A DNA stretch of 64,000 bases from Octopus sinensis (Eukaryota), in NCBI RefSeq assembly GCF_006345805.1, contig NC_043003.1:92814001-92878000 (forward strand), in the 5' to 3' direction. Shown here one piece after another: positions 60,184 through 64,000 of the stretch. Within the stretch, counting starts at the first letter, position 1. The number at the start of each line of letters is the position of its first letter. The notes beneath the pieces were generated by a model. It ran no database searches. It saw only the letters and a program-made list of their open reading frames with translations, and was not told the DNA's origin. The position numbers and the translations under genes were made by a program.

Positions 60184-62114
60184 TAGAAATATTATATAAG
60201 GAATCAGTATAGTGGATTACGTTATCTTTAAGATGCCTGTTTTATCTAAATCTCTCCTCCATACGAAGCAGAGAGAGGTGAAGTTGATCCCAAGAGAAAT
60301 TAAAACTTAGAATACAGAAAGGGAAAACTTAATACTGTCGGGATTCAAACCCCAGCCACCAAATATTCAGTTTAGGATCACGAGTAAACCACTAGAGTTT
60401 CACGGGATTGATCTATACTATAAATCGACCAATCAGTGTGAAGATGTGACGTGATATGGCTTTTCGGATGATCTAAAATTTGTCCCTCCTTTTACCCTAC
60501 TTAAACAGTTTGGTGCCTTACTTAGACAGAGATGGTCTGCACTCAGGCAGACCATCTCAGGCTCTCGGGTAGATCATCTCAAGCAAGATACGACTTCGGA
60601 CATTCACACAACTCGCCTTCAGCAAGATCTCCTCGGAACTGGCGGTTATTTTATCTGCATATTTCATTTCTGGATAGCCAACACAACAAATCATGTCCAT
60701 CAGTAAATATGTTAAAAGTTAAATGAGTTTATTATACATGCAACCAGCTAGACCACACGACAATGATCTTCAACAATGAAACACCACCAACATCATAACT
60801 CCATAATAATGGTGACGAAACAAACCTCGCGACAATACTAAAAATAAATAATCTGCTGGCGCGTTGCTCACCCAACGTCCTTATTACATAAGGTATTATG
60901 ATAGAGTTGATTCTTCATTTAAATAACGGTTTACATACGCTCTTTTGATTGCTTCATACATTTTAATTTCCGTAAGATGAAACAAAGGCGACTGAAGAAG
61001 GGGAATTTTCCTTGTTTTGTATGTCCTGAACTCTATTTTTTCGTTGTTTAAGAAAAATGTCCATTTCCTTGGTTTTGTGTTTATCTTTTCGTTTCTCATA
61101 GTGTTCGACGTTTTTTTGGTGTCCTGTACCCATATATGCATGTATATATACATGTAGAGGTAGGTACGTACATATATGTATGTATATATACATATGTTTT
61201 ATTTATTTATTAATTTATTATATGACGGAACGCACGCATGCATTTCTAAGTAAGATTGTTCTTAATATTAATAATGATGCGCACTCTTAACCTTTCTCTC
61301 CCCCTCCCTTTCTCAGCCTTCATTCTTTTGGCTTTCCTCTTCTTCTACCTTACTGTCTCTCCCTCTCTCTCTCATTCTTCATTCTTTTTTCTACAACCAT
61401 TCCCTTTTTTCTCTCTCCCTTTCTCTTACTCCTCTCCCTCCGTCCTGTCGTTGATCCGCGACGAGAACTCTGCTACTGTCTTTCTGTCCTGGCTACCTTC
61501 AAGTAGAGACGGCACATCTGTTGCTCCCTCGCCGTTCTCAAAAAATAGCGTTCGTAAAAAATTTTATCTCGTTGGGCTTAACAGCCCTTCTTGTTTGTGT
61601 TACTGTTATTCTCCTTGTCCTGTCTTTTACTGTTTATATTTTGTACTGTCGTTACTGTCCTGTTTTTGTTAACATTTTTACCCCTCCGCAAAAAAATTTC
61701 AAATTTTATTTAATTTGATTTTCGCGGGAAGGATTGTTTCATTAAAGTCATGTATCGCCTTGACCTTCGAAACGTGGAGTAGATGAAACAAAGGCGACAG
61801 AAGAAAGGGAATTTTCCTTGTTTTGTATGTCCAGTACTCTATTTTTTCGTTGTTTAAGAAAAATGTCCATTTCCTGTCCCATATATGCATGTATATATAC
61901 ATGTAGAGGTAGGTACGTACATATATGTATGTATAAATGCATATGTTTTATTTATTTATTAATTTATTATATATATATATATATATATGTGTGTGTGGTG
62001 TGTGTGTGTGTGTGTGTGTGTTTGTGTTTGTGTATATATATATATATATATATATACATAAACATATACATACATACATACACACACACACATATATATA
62101 TATGTATACATACA

Positions 62115-62233
<119 letters not shown>

Positions 62234-62610
62234 ATTAGAAGCATTACAAACCAAAGCTGTAGAATGAAGAATTGGATATATTTATATCATGGGTTCGAGT
62301 TCTGGCTAAAGCCTTGATTCTGAGGAATCATTACTCACTAGTCCGATTTCTATTGGTCTGTTGTATATTTCAGTGTAATTCGGTGGTTTATTTGAGGATT
62401 TAGTGTCCCTCTCCAGTAAGTAGGCGCATTATACGCCCTCTATTGTAATTATACGTAATTATAATTATATATTTTACTCTATAGCTATTGAACGCTATTA
62501 TTACTTGTTACCACCTATACTTTTGTTATTATCTATTATTAAAATTTACCGCAGGCAATAATAACAATAAAAATATCTTTATGGATATTCATTTGAATAT
62601 TTACCTCTTT

Positions 62611-62659
<49 letters not shown>

Positions 62660-62689
62660 GATATAAATATATATATTTGTATGTGTGTG

Positions 62690-62912
62690 TGTATGTGTGT
62701 GTGTCTTTGTGTCTGTGTTTGTCGCCCCACCATCGCTTGACAACCTATGCTGGTGTGTCTATGTCTGTAACTTGGCGGTTCGGAAATAAAGGCCGATAGA
62801 ATAGGTACTAAGCTTACAAAGAATAAGTCCTGGGGTCGATTTCTTCGACTAAAAATACCCTTCAAGGCGGTACTTCAGCATGGCCGCAGTCAAATGAATG
62901 AAACAAGTAAAA

Positions 62913-62913
<1 letters not shown>
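62690..62913 (+). mobile_element. SINE family A 3' half
   Basis: tgtttgtcgccccaccatcgcttgacaacc..gaaacaagtaaaag tail without a head. Confidence 0.75.
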
Positions 62914-62954
<41 letters not shown>

Positions 62955-62971
62955 TTTTACTTGTTTCATTC

Positions 62972-63018
<47 letters not shown>

Positions 63019-63363
63019 ATATATATAATTTTATAAAATTAAATTTAGGGTAAAAATTGATATTTATCAATTAGAACCAGTGGTCTAGCATATTAAAGAA
63101 AGAATCCGAAGATTAAAATATTTATATATACCAATTAAGGACTGCACACGAAAAGTGGACAGTCAACATGCTAGATATAGACGTCAAATCGCCATTCTCC
63201 ACAAAAAGTTTATGTTCTCAGATCAAACTCAACAAAACCAAAGCAATAAACAAGTGAAAAATATACGAAATAAATATTTGGCGCGATGAGTGTGTGTGTG
63301 TGCGTGTGTCTGTGTGTGTCTGTGTGTGTGTGTGTGTGTGCGCGCGTATGTATGTATGTGTGT

Positions 63364-63404
<41 letters not shown>

Positions 63405-63832
63405 CGTGCATTTTTATAGAGTGTGACATTCCTGAGTCTACTGAAGTTTGTCAGCATTTCGCAGGCACGTGGTTTCGGGTTAGGTTAGGTTTCTCATCGC
63501 GCCAAAAGTAAAGGCATTTGAAATATATATTTCAAATGTAATAGGCCGGACTCCATGCACGCGATATTTTGGTGTCGTGCTGGCATTTAGTCCAGCAAAT
63601 TACATTTTATATGGGACCACGCTGATGATGCTGCACTTTTCCTTGCGGAAAATAACAGCTGAAACTAAATTTAGTACATGGGTAAATATTTATTTCGTAT
63701 ATTTTTCACTTGTTTATTGCTTTGGTTTTGTTGAGTTTGATCTGAGAACATAAACTTTTTGTGGAGAATGGCGATCTGACGTCTATATCTAGCATGTTGA
63801 CTGTCCACTTTTCGTGTGCAGTCCTTAATTGG

Positions 63833-63880
<48 letters not shown>

Positions 63881-63971
63881 AGTTAGTCCAAACAAGAAAA
63901 CAAAAAAAAAACACAACAATGCGAGGACGTGGAACAAATATAGTATTATTGGGCGCTCAGGAAAGAAGGAC

Positions 63972-64000
63972 GGTTTAACGTTTCGAGCGGAGCTCTTCGT
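63972..64000 (-). ncRNA. Hammerhead-like motif truncated by window end
   Basis: Minus strand reads ACGAA-GAGC(tcc)GCTC-GAAAC-GT-T-AAACC. The CUG and helix I 5' strand would lie beyond 64000. Shares a cctgagcg..taatac flank with the 39335 element. Confidence 0.4.

Overview
AT-rich, microsatellite- and transposon-dense animal DNA. The SINE families and overall composition suggest an octopus or other coleoid cephalopod (inference). One host gene spans most of the window: a minus-strand secreted adenosine deaminase of the ADA2/CECR1/ADGF (MDGF-like) family. I reconstructed it as 9 phase-compatible GT-AG exons (ATG at 54628 to 7276; 1590 nt, 530 codons) plus a putative 10th terminal exon (5820-5779). 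Exons 3 and 5 are absent from the ORF track. The motifs HxH, HAGE, GHG and SDD are intact. The introns hold tRNA-derived SINEs, Tc1/mariner and hAT remnants, MITEs with visible TSDs, three non-autonomous Helitrons and a Penelope-like 3' end. Most notable observations: (1) a minimal hammerhead ribozyme fold with a compensatory U3:A8 core beside the Penelope remnant, plus two related variant hammerhead-like motifs; (2) an in-frame 105-bp triplication of the exon-9 splice acceptor; (3) a C-terminal extension behind a KRR site; (4) many long fold-back palindromes in the pre-mRNA; (5) a MITE carrying telomere-like repeats. Most other ORFs in the track are microsatellite or repeat artefacts.
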